Notes: generated by a model not told the origin, from the letters alone. Counted from the stretch's first letter, positions 28,694 to 37,828 are shown. The stretch: DNA of 64,000 nt from an uncultured virus (IMG/VR IMGVR_UViG_3300027760_000001) (IMGVR_UViG_3300027760_000001), one strand, 5' to 3'. Program-made: numbers and translations.

Positions 28694-30670
28694 ATGACCT
28701 TCTCGATTTTGGACTTCCTCGACCAGTTGGAGCCCAGCAAAGAAAAAGGCAAGTTCATTTGCCCAGCATGTGGAGGCAATGATTTCACTGTCAATAAAAA
28801 CACTGGAGGCTACAACTGCTGGCACGATCCTAGTCCTGCTCATAGAGCGGAAGTGAGGGATGCCCTGGCTCCAATGGTTCGATGGGAGAAGCCGCCTCGT
28901 AGCGCCGGGTCTTACGAATTTCCTTATAGAAACAAGCAAGGACAAGACTTAGTGGTGGTGCATCGTGATGATACCAGCGGAAGTAAGCGCATCTGGCAAA
29001 ACTTTCCCACCATTGACCACTCCGCTCCAAGCCATAAAGCACAACTTCAAGAGATCAAGGCGCATGTTCTGCCTTTCATGTATCAGGAGGCAATCGAAGA
29101 AAGCGAGCGTAGTGGCTTGCCAATTGTCATTGTCGAAGGGGAACTCACTTGTCAAGCAGTGTGGAGCATTGGTCTTCCTGCTGTTACTTTTCTAGGAGGC
29201 AGTAAGCAGTATCGCACTAATGGCGATTACTCACACTTGTTCAAAAAGCACAAAATTGTCCTTGCTCCTGATAGAGATGAGCAAGGTGTTGCTTTCATGC
29301 GTGAGATCGAAACTGATAACCCTGGCGCTCAATGGCTTTATGCAGACCCCAGATCTTGGGAATGGCAGAATCTTCCTAGCGGCAATGGCTTGGACCTTGC
29401 TGATTACATTGAAGAAGGCGCTACCAAGGAAGACCTTCTTGCTTCTATTGTCTCCAAGAGCAAGCATGCTGGACAAGATGGAAAGCCTTCGTACGAAGAA
29501 ATCATTTCCACCATTGAAAATTTTGTTGGCCTTTATGCCAATGATGCTCGCATTGTCTACGAAGCTGGCAACTGGTTAGAGCAACGCAATGTGAAGATGA
29601 GCCAGCAGAACATTGACAAGATTATTGAGGAAGCCAAGAGTCGCATCTATGGCAAGGAAGAGATAGAAACCATTGATGCCCTTACCATTGCCAATTCTGA
29701 GCAATGTAGGGAATGGCTAGTTGCAGGCATTATTCCCTTGGGAAGCGTGATGCTTCTTGCTGCTTCAGGAGGCACGGGCAAAAGCACTTTGATTTACAAC
29801 TGGGCGTTGAACGTAGCTCTTGGACAATCATGGAGCGGAAGGCGTTGCATGAAAGGAAAAAGCCTCATCATTCAAAGTGACGAACCCCTTGTTGATACCA
29901 GCGAGAAACTGGGAGTGATCGGCTTTCAAGATGCTGGCCTGGAGCCTGGCACCATTGCTTTTTGGGAAAACTGGCGCTTTGGCCACATGAAGCAGCTAGA
30001 AGACTATGTGAGGAAGCATCGTCCTTTGCTTGTCGCCATTGATTCTCTCACTGCATGTCTTGCAGGCATGGACGTAGATTTGATCAAGAGCAATGCTGGT
30101 GATGTAATCTATGGACTGCGAGATATTGCCAATCAATACAAAACAAGCATTGTCATTCTTCACCACTTAAATAAGAGTGGAGGACTGCGAGACTCCACTA
30201 GCTTTGTGGACAATGTGAGTGAAGTGGTGAAGCTCACTCGTCCAGAAGGCAACTTTGACCCCAATCAGTTCCATCTTGAATGGCTGAAGAGCAGGAGTGG
30301 CCTCACTGGCAAGCATGTGCTACAGCGTGATACTTTGAACTATGGATGGAACTATGCTGGCCCACTTGGCGGCTCTTTAGAAGAGCTTGATCAATGCGTG
30401 AATACAGTGAACATGCGAAAGAACGAGCGGCTTTCTAGGCAGCAAGTGGCAGCTCTTTCTGGAAGCTGGGAGATTGCTTCTACTGGAAAGATGCTAGAAG
30501 TGGCGAGGCGTCAGGGGCTGATTACTAGCAGTTTCCAGAATGGTCCGAACAATGAAAAGATTCGACTGTACCATTCTTGGGAATATATAGCTCCCGTTTG
30601 GGAGAAGGAAGAAGGAGCTATAGCTCCTGAGACGGAAGAAAAGGAGGACAGTTATTCAGACCTTTTCTAA
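28694..30670 (+). CDS. Primase-helicase (Zn finger, TOPRIM, RecA-like AAA_25)
   Basis: CPAC..C, VEGE, PDRDEQG, ASGGTGKST, IDSL, ILHHLNK. Confidence 0.9.
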   Translation: MTFSILDFLDQLEPSKEKGKFICPACGGNDFTVNKNTGGYNCWHDPSPAHRAEVRDALAPMVRWEKPPRSAGSYEFPYRNKQGQDLVVVHRDDTSGSKRIWQNFPTIDHSAPSHKAQLQEIKAHVLPFMYQEAIEESERSGLPIVIVEGELTCQAVWSIGLPAVTFLGGSKQYRTNGDYSHLFKKHKIVLAPDRDEQGVAFMREIETDNPGAQWLYADPRSWEWQNLPSGNGLDLADYIEEGATKEDLLASIVSKSKHAGQDGKPSYEEIISTIENFVGLYANDARIVYEAGNWLEQRNVKMSQQNIDKIIEEAKSRIYGKEEIETIDALTIANSEQCREWLVAGIIPLGSVMLLAASGGTGKSTLIYNWALNVALGQSWSGRRCMKGKSLIIQSDEPLVDTSEKLGVIGFQDAGLEPGTIAFWENWRFGHMKQLEDYVRKHRPLLVAIDSLTACLAGMDVDLIKSNAGDVIYGLRDIANQYKTSIVILHHLNKSGGLRDSTSFVDNVSEVVKLTRPEGNFDPNQFHLEWLKSRSGLTGKHVLQRDTLNYGWNYAGPLGGSLEELDQCVNTVNMRKNERLSRQQVAALSGSWEIASTGKMLEVARRQGLITSSFQNGPNNEKIRLYHSWEYIAPVWEKEEGAIAPETEEKEDSYSDLF

Positions 30671-30678
30671 ATACTGCG

Positions 30679-30710
30679 GGACTAGCTTATGATTAAAGCT
30701 AGTCCTTTTT
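30679..30710 (+). terminator. Intrinsic terminator
   Basis: GGACTAGCTT/AAGCTAGTCC then T-run. Confidence 0.7.
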
Positions 30711-30719
30711 CTTATCTTC

Positions 30720-30872
30720 ATGGCAATCATTTGGGACAATGGCTTTAAGGCAAAGCCAGTGATTATTTCTGCCTCCATTGAAAATCCTCCTTCTCTTCCA
30801 TTGGAAGAAAAAGAGAAAATTGATGGAGCTGTAAATAAAGAAGAAAAAAGCTCTAAGGGCTTTGGTCGTTAG
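30720..30872 (+). CDS. Small protein (50 aa) ending KGFGR
   Basis: Hand translation MAIIWDNGFKAKP...SSKGFGR. Confidence 0.5.
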   Translation: MAIIWDNGFKAKPVIISASIENPPSLPLEEKEKIDGAVNKEEKSSKGFGR

Positions 30873-30875
30873 CGT

Positions 30876-31292
30876 TTACCGCCCCCAGCGGGCGAGGACG
30901 GTGCGAGCGATCTCTTCCACGTCTCCACTTGTGGGACCGTCGTGAAAGGAATACAGCTCTTGCCATAGCTGGTGCAGTTCGTCGGTAGTCGGCCCCACCG
31001 GCTCCGGCTCGGCCAGGCGCTCCAAAAGGTCGGCGGCGCGGGCAAGCTGCTTGAAACGCGGGGCATCAGACTCCCATAGCCGGGCAATTTCGCGCAGCCA
31101 GTAGGCCAGGAACGCCACCTCCCCATCGGCGGGGTGCTCCGGCTCGGCCAGGGCGGCGCGGGCGCGGTCCACTAAGGCACAACGAATTGAATCAAGAATA
31201 ACTGAGCAGCCTTGGTGATACATCAATGATTTTTGCGTGTTTTCAAGCTCGTGAACAAGCTCAGTGCACAGGGCGCGATAGTCAGTGATCAT
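30876..31292 (-). CDS. Hypothetical protein (DYRALCTEL family)
   Basis: GC-rich, coupled to upstream genes. Confidence 0.65.
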   Translation of the reverse strand: MITDYRALCTELVHELENTQKSLMYHQGCSVILDSIRCALVDRARAALAEPEHPADGEVAFLAYWLREIARLWESDAPRFKQLARAADLLERLAEPEPVGPTTDELHQLWQELYSFHDGPTSGDVEEIARTVLARWGR

Positions 31293-31564
31293 GGTTGGGC
31301 CTCCAGCTCAGCGGCGATGGCGAGGAGTCGATTGCGGATCATTTTTGCAAAGAGTCGATAGCGGATCAATCCCTGACGATCCTTATGCCTCTTGGTCCCG
31401 CTACTGACTGGGCCAAGAGTAAAAAACTCTGGCATTGCCTGATCCGCAGCGGCGCGAAGGGCGGCGGCGATGCATTGCCGATAAACGGGATCGTTGATCA
31501 CGTTGGGGTTGCCCATCGTGCCTGCGATCATCACCGCCTGCGCGGCGGGGGAAAGTTCAGTCAT
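31289..31564 (-). CDS. Hypothetical protein (LSPAAQAV family)
   Basis: Paralog of 31561-31767. Confidence 0.7.
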   Translation of the reverse strand: MTELSPAAQAVMIAGTMGNPNVINDPVYRQCIAAALRAAADQAMPEFFTLGPVSSGTKRHKDRQGLIRYRLFAKMIRNRLLAIAAELEAQP

Positions 31565-31767
31565 TGGTAAGCCTCCAGCTCGGCGGCGATAGTGAGTAGC
31601 TTTGTGGCGTCCGCGATGGAATACAGAAACATCTTGGATTGGTAGCAGCTCATTTGATCAGCAGCGGCACGGAGAACGGCGGCGATGCCTGATTGATGGC
31701 TTTTTGAGTCTCCCCACCAAGCATCCATCACCGCTTGCGCGGCAGGGGAAAGGCTTTGTTTGCTCAT
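31561..31767 (-). CDS. Hypothetical protein (LSPAAQAV family)
   Basis: LSPAAQAV..IAAVLRAAADQ..IAAELEA. Confidence 0.7.
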   Translation of the reverse strand: MSKQSLSPAAQAVMDAWWGDSKSHQSGIAAVLRAAADQMSCYQSKMFLYSIADATKLLTIAAELEAYQ

Positions 31768-31887
31768 GGTTTTAGTTAGGACCTTGCCCATCGTACCCGA
31801 CCATCAAGATGATGGCCACTGTGCCAATCAAGAAATTGTCCATTTTAATTTGTGGCATGTGCCTAGACTCGTCCCGATTCTTCTCCA

Positions 31888-32060
31888 CGCATCTACGCGC
31901 CTGGGGGCTCCGACCGGTTCCAACCCCTGCGGCGCTTCTGGCGAGATGGTTGCAATGGGGCGAAAGGGGGATGAACTCCCTTCGCGAGAGCACCGTTCGC
32001 GCAGGTAGACCCCCAAGGTCGTCATTCATACGGTGCTCTTTAATCTTCCTTTCGCCCTTT
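31888..32060 (+). ncRNA. Candidate structured ncRNA (two rod-like hairpins)
   Basis: 31958-31972 pairs with 32043-32057 (15 bp); 31986-31996 pairs with 32030-32040 (11 bp); G-U pairs favour + strand. Confidence 0.5.
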
Positions 32061-32104
32061 CTTCTTCAAGATATGGTAAACTGACTATGCTCTGAGCACC
32101 ATCC

Positions 32105-32344
32105 ATGCCTTCCGCTCCTCTTCCTCCTGACGTGCTTCCTTCTTTGGAACACAACGGCACGACCATTACTGTCATCAATCACCATGGTTTTTCAAGGCCA
32201 GATAAAGGAGCTGGTCCTAAAAGCAGAGTTCTTTATGGTGCCCGTGATGAAATGAATGAGCGTCACTGGCGCGGAAGCCTTGAAGAAATTTCTTCTCTCA
32301 TTGATCGCAATTTTGCATCAGCAGCCCTTGCTTCTGGAGTTTGA
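32105..32344 (+). CDS. Hypothetical protein
   Basis: First ORF of a + strand run. Confidence 0.6.
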   Translation: MPSAPLPPDVLPSLEHNGTTITVINHHGFSRPDKGAGPKSRVLYGARDEMNERHWRGSLEEISSLIDRNFASAALASGV

Positions 32345-32658
32345 CCATGGAAAAACTAGACGAACTGATTAGCTTTCTTTCCGCTGTCAAGATTCAACAG
32401 AAACTATTGCTTGAATCAGAAGCTGAAACCAAAGCAGAAATCTTAAAGATCATGCGATCAAACAAGATTGAAAAAGAGGATACAGAATATGGCACAGTGC
32501 GAATACAAAAACGCAATGAAAAGCAATATAGCGATGGCATTAAGCAAGCGGAAGAAAGGCTAAAAGAAGACAAAAAACTTGCTGATGATTTGGGCGATTA
32601 TGAAATAGTCTCAACCAAAGAAAGCCTTGTCTTCACTTTACAAAAGCCAGAAGACTAA
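32341..32658 (+). CDS. Hypothetical coiled-coil protein
   Basis: Charged helical protein with TEYGTVRI hairpin. Confidence 0.6.
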   Translation: MTMEKLDELISFLSAVKIQQKLLLESEAETKAEILKIMRSNKIEKEDTEYGTVRIQKRNEKQYSDGIKQAEERLKEDKKLADDLGDYEIVSTKESLVFTLQKPED

Positions 32659-32660
32659 CC

Positions 32661-32825
32661 ATGAATAGGCTTATCTCATTGTCGCCCTCTGAAAGGAAAG
32701 AGCTTGATGCTTTGCGCTTGGCTATTTCCCATTGCCCTGCAACTATTACAACAAAAGAACAAGAACGTTTTACGGCACTATTCACTCGCAGTATTGCCGG
32801 AAAAGGAGATAGGCCTATAGAATAG
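32661..32825 (+). CDS. Hypothetical protein (54 aa)
   Basis: Hand translation MNRLISLSPSERKELDALRLAIS... Confidence 0.5.
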   Translation: MNRLISLSPSERKELDALRLAISHCPATITTKEQERFTALFTRSIAGKGDRPIE

Positions 32826-32851
32826 GCTGTGAGAAAATAGTAGTATTCACA

Positions 32852-33550
32852 ATGCCTAGACCAGAAATCTCTTTCCCTGACCACCAAACAGAGTTGCGCC
32901 ATGGTCTGAAAATCTTGCTTGATGCTGGCTTAACGGCAAAACAAATTGAAGACATTCGTGAACGATTTGGCGCTGGTCCTGGCAAGATTCCATATAACAA
33001 AGAAACTGTTGGCGTTCGACGCTATATGGTCCAGGAGTTGCTGGCCAATAATCTTAGTAATGCTCAAATTGCCAGGGTGCTTCAACTAAGCAAGGAAACA
33101 GTCAATGCTGATCGCCACCAAAATCGTGGTCTATGGGCTGAAAGCATTCTCAAAAGTCAAGACTGCCATAGAGCAAGAATCATCAATGAAGCAATCAGCC
33201 TTAAGGAACAAGCTCTCATTCATTTTGAACAAAGCAAACGAAAAAGAATCACTGCTATTGGTGACAAAGGAGAAACTGTTACCGTTATAGAAGGCGCTGG
33301 TGAAAGTGGCTTCTTGACCGTGGCCAAGAACTGCCTTGAGCAGCAAGCAAAAGTTCTCGGGCTATATGACATTAAGCCACAAACTGAAGAGAAGAAAAGC
33401 TATAAAGGCTTCTTGGATGATCTTGCAAAGACAATTTCCGATGTGAAGGAAAAAGAAGAAAAGTCAAAATCAATTGACGTTAATTTCAAGGTGGAAGACG
33501 AGCCAAAGGAGGACGATGGGAGGAAAATGTTTGGCAGCACAAAAGTATGA
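32852..33550 (+). CDS. HTH protein, candidate terminase small subunit
   Basis: LSNAQIARVLQLSKETVNAD HTH, helical hairpin, EQQAKVLGLY. Confidence 0.5.
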   Translation: MPRPEISFPDHQTELRHGLKILLDAGLTAKQIEDIRERFGAGPGKIPYNKETVGVRRYMVQELLANNLSNAQIARVLQLSKETVNADRHQNRGLWAESILKSQDCHRARIINEAISLKEQALIHFEQSKRKRITAIGDKGETVTVIEGAGESGFLTVAKNCLEQQAKVLGLYDIKPQTEEKKSYKGFLDDLAKTISDVKEKEEKSKSIDVNFKVEDEPKEDDGRKMFGSTKV

Positions 33551-33565
33551 ATTTTGTTTAAGTGC

Positions 33566-33594
33566 TTGACAAGCGCACAAGGCCTCGGCATACT
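33566..33594 (+). promoter_or_regulatory. Sigma70-type promoter
   Basis: TTGACA-N17-CATACT. Confidence 0.6.
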
Positions 33595-33615
33595 TCTTTC
33601 ATCCAGCTCTTCCCC

Positions 33616-34077
33616 ATGGAATTTTCTTCTGTCAACGACTTTCTTCGCAAAGCTGCTTCTGTCAAAAACGACGAGCTTCAAGCAGTTGACAATGGCCTGA
33701 TTCCTTTTCTAGACGACCCTAGTGTTGTTGGGGTGACAAAGGAACTGTCGGAGTCCATTGAAGAACTCTTTCAGAACTATGGCGATGAAGCCTTTCGTCA
33801 GATTGCCCTTTTCTGTCTTGGCAAGTGGCTTGCCCTTCATTCGGAAACAGTCGATGACCGCACTATCACTGAAAGCTGGAGCGAAGCGTTGCATGTCATG
33901 AACGACATTGGAAAGCTCTCCACTGCAATGCAAATTATTGAGCAAATTGGCAGCTTTGGTGGAGATGATAAATGGCGTGAAATGCTGCGTAAAATCGTCA
34001 GCAAATCTATCGTTGAAGAAGTGGAAGAAGGAAACAAAAGAGCTAAAAAATTGAAAGACTATTTGACGGGGCAATGA
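33616..34077 (+). CDS. Hypothetical protein
   Basis: ATG after the promoter. Confidence 0.65.
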   Translation: MEFSSVNDFLRKAASVKNDELQAVDNGLIPFLDDPSVVGVTKELSESIEELFQNYGDEAFRQIALFCLGKWLALHSETVDDRTITESWSEALHVMNDIGKLSTAMQIIEQIGSFGGDDKWREMLRKIVSKSIVEEVEEGNKRAKKLKDYLTGQ

Positions 34078-34241
34078 TGCTAAAAGGCAATGCTTCTGAA
34101 ACTTATACAGTTTCCTTCGGAGATGGCAAGTCATTCTCATTAATGGCATCAAATGAGAAAATGGCCACATTATTAGCAGCACCGTTGCATTCATCGTCCA
34201 GCATTGTTAAGGTGAGCCGAAATGAAGACCCATCTTGGTAG
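34074..34241 (+). CDS. Hypothetical protein (55 aa)
   Basis: ATGA-coupled; hand translation MMLKGNASETYTVSFGDG... Confidence 0.45.
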   Translation: MMLKGNASETYTVSFGDGKSFSLMASNEKMATLLAAPLHSSSSIVKVSRNEDPSW

Positions 34242-34245
34242 TGTT

Positions 34246-34587
34246 ATGGACGTTCAACCAGTTCTCCCCCCATTGATAAGCATTTGCATTCCTCCTATTT
34301 TGAAGCAAGAGGCGCAAGCCATTGCAGCAGAAGAGCCCATGGTGCATCCAGTGTGGAGGAAGATGCAGCAGCGTGGCAGGCATTATGTTGTGCGTACAAG
34401 TGAACTGAACGACATTGAAGAGGTGGCGGACTGGGCCAGGAGCTGGCTGGTGGAGCCTGAGGGCCAGTTGGACAAGACTCGCAGGCAAGCGTTCCTGAAT
34501 GTGGTGGAAAGGGCCGGTAGGCATGTTCACCTTGCGCCAGTGGGGACGTGCCACTACCTGGCTGTTGGATGGAAAGTAAAGTCATAA
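34246..34587 (+). CDS. Hypothetical protein
   Basis: ORF in + strand run. Confidence 0.6.
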   Translation: MDVQPVLPPLISICIPPILKQEAQAIAAEEPMVHPVWRKMQQRGRHYVVRTSELNDIEEVADWARSWLVEPEGQLDKTRRQAFLNVVERAGRHVHLAPVGTCHYLAVGWKVKS

Positions 34588-34677
34588 GCAGCGCTGATGG
34601 CTTTTCCCATTGACTCCTCGCTCCCATTGTGGCCATAATGACAAGGCAGTCACGACGGTTCGATGCCGTCTCCCCTC

Positions 34678-35010
34678 ATGCCTTCTCAAATCATCGCTGA
34701 GCGCAACGGATCCACTTCTGCTTTCACTAACGACAATCGCCTCGTGATGAGCATGGGGCGTCCCCTCATTTCCACTTATTTGAGCGTCAAGGAAATACAA
34801 GAGTGGATGACCACCCTTGAAGAAATAATGGATGTGCCAAGCATGGCTTGCCATCGCTACCATTTACAGACAATCTACTTCACTTGCAAGGGGGCTCTCA
34901 AGCGCCACAATGAAGAGCATGCTGAAGTGGTATCAGAAGCTCCCACTGCAGAAGACTTGCAGGAATATCTTGCTTCCTACGCTGTTGCTATTTCCAACAA
35001 TGGTCACTGA
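34678..35010 (+). CDS. Hypothetical protein
   Basis: ORF after pyrimidine-rich leader. Confidence 0.6.
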   Translation: MPSQIIAERNGSTSAFTNDNRLVMSMGRPLISTYLSVKEIQEWMTTLEEIMDVPSMACHRYHLQTIYFTCKGALKRHNEEHAEVVSEAPTAEDLQEYLASYAVAISNNGH

Positions 35011-35164
35011 AAAGGGCATGTTTCATGAAAGCTGGCATAACGGAGCCATTAAGCTCCATCCAGCTTCATGCGATCCTAGGAATGCCGAAGATTACGACAC
35101 TTGGGACTTTGGCATGGAACCTATTCCCCATGACACAACATGGGCTAAAACAAAAGAGAACTAA
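35000..35164 (+). CDS. Hypothetical protein (54 aa)
   Basis: Ends just before a terminator. Confidence 0.5.
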   Translation: MVTEKGMFHESWHNGAIKLHPASCDPRNAEDYDTWDFGMEPIPHDTTWAKTKEN

Positions 35165-35167
35165 ACG

Positions 35168-35189
35168 AGGGCCGTAAGGCCCTTTTTTT
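35168..35189 (+). terminator. Intrinsic terminator
   Basis: AGGGCC-GTAA-GGCCCT then T-run. Confidence 0.8.
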
Positions 35190-35212
35190 GGGAACTAGCA
35201 GGAACAGTATTG

Positions 35213-35414
35213 CAAAAGAAAAAGGCCAGTAGCCGAAACCACCAGCCCTTTTCTTACAAGTCTCCGATAACGAAGCTCCTCCAATAGCGACAGAGGGAAA
35301 GGATGCCTTGCAGGAACCACGTATCCCGGACAGTCCTTGCGGAAAGTCCCATCCTTTCATCGTCGTCCACCCTCACGGCCAAAGGGAGGCGGTTAAGCCT
35401 CAGGACCGACTTGC
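35213..35414 (-). ncRNA. Candidate stand-alone rod-shaped ncRNA (about 160 nt plus terminator)
   Basis: Own extended -10 (TGcTATGCT); 5' GCAAGUC pairs with 3' GACUUGU; nested stems; UUCG-capped terminator with U-run. Confidence 0.6.
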
Positions 35415-35524
35415 TTGCAAAGCATAGCATGCCTTGGGCCAAGCCAAGAATTTCCGAAGTCTGCTACCATGCACATTGCCGCCCAGGCGACTGGCGGCCC
35501 TTGGTAATTTCTTTCTTTCAACAA

Positions 35525-35890
35525 ATGCTGAAACTTACTTTTCTTTCCGTTCTTGCTGCACTGTCTTTCTTGCCAGTATCAGCAGGGGCTGCTTCGTCGC
35601 GTCAATGTTCACAGGCTTCGTTCTATGGTCACAATGATGGCTTTGCTTGGCAGACAATGGCAAACGGCCAGTCAATGAATCCAGAATCAATGATTACTGC
35701 CCATCGTTACTTTCCTTTTGGTACTCGCTTGCGAGTGGTAAATCAAGACAATGGGAAAGAAGTGGTGGTGAAAGTCACAGACCGTGGGCCGTTTGTCGAC
35801 GGACGCTCGCTTGATTTGTCTGTTGGTGCCTTCAAGCGCATTGCATCGCCTTCGCAGGGTGTAGCGCGAGTGTGCTTCTTTGAAGTGTAG
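35525..35890 (+). CDS. rlpA: RlpA-like lytic transglycosylase (DPBB) with signal peptide
   Basis: ASFYG, MANG, TAHRYFPFGTRLRV, VTDRGPF, LDLS. Confidence 0.88.
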   Translation: MLKLTFLSVLAALSFLPVSAGAASSRQCSQASFYGHNDGFAWQTMANGQSMNPESMITAHRYFPFGTRLRVVNQDNGKEVVVKVTDRGPFVDGRSLDLSVGAFKRIASPSQGVARVCFFEV

Positions 35891-35901
35891 TCCTGGCGGA
35901 C

Positions 35902-35930
35902 TTGACGGAAGCGGCCAGCATGCGTATATT
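35902..35930 (+). promoter_or_regulatory. Sigma70-type promoter
   Basis: TTGACG-N17-TATATT. Confidence 0.7.
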
Positions 35931-35987
35931 GGCAGTGGAAGTTCGGGGGCTACGGAGCCCCCTTTTTCCTTTCCATGGAAATTGGCA

Positions 35988-36434
35988 ATGGCACAAAAGC
36001 TTTACAATCTGCAGCTCACTGAAAAGCAACTGCTCCTGCTTGCTGAAGCTGCCAATTTGATGCAAAGAGTGCAACTAGGACAATGGAGAGAAATCGAAGA
36101 CAATCTTCCTCTTCAAAGGCCAATTGATTATGAGCAACTTCACAAAGATTTTATCGTCATTGGCGAAATTCTGTCCAGTCATTTGATTGATGGAATTGAC
36201 GGTCGCTTTTCTTCCTTGGGAATTGGTAGTAATAATTTGCCAAAATCTAACAGCATTTTATATGATTTACGGACAACCATAGAGCATAAAGTAAGCTGGG
36301 AACGTGCAGTAGAGCAAGGTATTATCGAAAGCGAGAGTTCTCCTCGTAAATGGCCTGAAATGATGACTGTAAACTTTGACCCTCCTATGAAATGGAGCGA
36401 TGAGCCATTGCCGAAAATCACGAGGATAAAATAG
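35988..36434 (+). CDS. Hypothetical protein
   Basis: ORF after the promoter. Confidence 0.65.
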   Translation: MAQKLYNLQLTEKQLLLLAEAANLMQRVQLGQWREIEDNLPLQRPIDYEQLHKDFIVIGEILSSHLIDGIDGRFSSLGIGSNNLPKSNSILYDLRTTIEHKVSWERAVEQGIIESESSPRKWPEMMTVNFDPPMKWSDEPLPKITRIK

Positions 36435-36638
36435 TTGTTTTCCGATGGCGATATTGTTGACCTTAATGACCAGAATTTTGGCTGGCGTGGTCAATATATT
36501 GTCATGGCGAAGAAAGTGGACACGCCATTGATAAAGATTAAAAACCTGGGTACTGGCTCGCAACAGTTCGTGAGCGCAAGCAGCCTTCGCAGGAGCCAAC
36601 TGCCGCGATTCTCCTTGAAAAGCCTGCGAGCACCATAA
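36435..36638 (+). CDS. Small SH3/KOW-like hypothetical protein
   Basis: FSDGDIVDL start, beta-rich. Confidence 0.5.
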   Translation: MFSDGDIVDLNDQNFGWRGQYIVMAKKVDTPLIKIKNLGTGSQQFVSASSLRRSQLPRFSLKSLRAP

Positions 36639-36660
36639 GCAGCGCTAATGACCCATGGGC

Positions 36661-36689
36661 TTGACGAAAACACTTTAAGGCGAAACAAT
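36661..36689 (+). promoter_or_regulatory. Sigma70-type promoter followed by a GCGA hairpin
   Basis: TTGACG-N17-AACAAT; AGGGC-GCGA-GCCCT. Confidence 0.6.
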
Positions 36690-36733
36690 GGCATCAAGGG
36701 CGCGAGCCCTATGACCATCCTTTCTTTTCCACC

Positions 36734-37048
36734 ATGAAAATCATTGCTCAGCCTCAGTGGATGCTGGATCTTCGCACCAGCTTCATCAAGCGCATCATTG
36801 CCGAAGCTGGCTCCAACATCGTCAGCATTGAGTTTGTCAAGCTTGATGGCACCAAGCGGCAGATCTGCTTCAATCCCCGCGACACGCAGGAAGTGAAGGG
36901 CACTGGCACTCCCAGCTCCAAGCCCAACATCATCCGCTGCCGTGACTTCACCATTGCCCGTAAAGGCGAAGCAGCATGGCGCTCGTTCGATTGCGAGCGT
37001 GTCACCCGCATTGCCAGCAAAGGCATGGTTCGCACCTTCCAGGCTTGA
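36734..37048 (+). CDS. SH3/WYL-like (DUF2693-type) protein
   Basis: IEFVKLDGTKR..AWRSF. Confidence 0.7.
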   Translation: MKIIAQPQWMLDLRTSFIKRIIAEAGSNIVSIEFVKLDGTKRQICFNPRDTQEVKGTGTPSSKPNIIRCRDFTIARKGEAAWRSFDCERVTRIASKGMVRTFQA

Positions 37049-37074
37049 GAGCTGCTGAGAGTCAGGCAAAACGC

Positions 37075-37103
37075 TTGACTCCTGCGCCAAGACCAGTTAA
37101 TTT
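37075..37103 (+). promoter_or_regulatory. Sigma70-type promoter
   Basis: TTGACT-N17-TAATTT then TTTCAACGGGC as in the neighbouring cassettes. Confidence 0.6.
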
Positions 37104-37225
37104 TCTTTTCAACGGGCCAAACCAGTGCCCGACCGTTACTGCCGGCTGATTTATTTCCCCAGTTCGAGGAACTGACAGAAGCCAATTTCATTGCCCCTGC
37201 TCTTTCAACAAACTCTGAAACCATC

Positions 37226-37828
37226 GTGCTTAGCATTCCGTCCAACGTAGCCCTAGTGGCCGCACAGTTCTGCCACACAGACGTGTTCAAAGGCGAACTA
37301 ACCTTCGTCCATTTCGCCAAAAGACCTAGCTCCATTCGAGTGGGAAGCACCAATGGACACTACGCCTTTCGTTGCATAGTGCCAACATCAGAATCTTCCT
37401 TCATGGAAGAAGACGAACTATTGCTTCCTTCCACGGCTTTTAAAAAGAAAGCTGCCTATGGCAAGAAAATTATCCACAATGACAATGAAGCGAGATTCTA
37501 TGGGGGGAAGAAAGACCAAATGGAACTCATTGAAGCCCGGCCATGTTTAGTAAGTAGTGCTACTTTCCCTGGGCAGTTTGATAGTTTGTTCCCTACAGAA
37601 TGGGAGAACAATCCCCGGCGAGCAACTGTATTTAATAGCGAATACATGAGAACGGTTAGTGATGTAATTGCGAAGTATTCAGAGCATGGAAGAATGGAGA
37701 TGAACTTTGGTGATTCTTGCAATGCAGCAGTAACAATTACTTCGGAAATGGATGATGGCCTAAAGATGGAATTCTTGCTATTGCCTGTGATGGTCAGGCA
37801 AGACAGCGGAGCCGAAGTCGCTTTGTGA
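37226..37828 (+). CDS. Beta sliding clamp-like protein (two-domain size)
   Basis: VGSTNGHYAF, FP, FNSEYM, FLLLPV resemble DnaN ATDGHRL, FN..YL, VVMP motifs. Confidence 0.6.
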   Translation: MLSIPSNVALVAAQFCHTDVFKGELTFVHFAKRPSSIRVGSTNGHYAFRCIVPTSESSFMEEDELLLPSTAFKKKAAYGKKIIHNDNEARFYGGKKDQMELIEARPCLVSSATFPGQFDSLFPTEWENNPRRATVFNSEYMRTVSDVIAKYSEHGRMEMNFGDSCNAAVTITSEMDDGLKMEFLLLPVMVRQDSGAEVAL

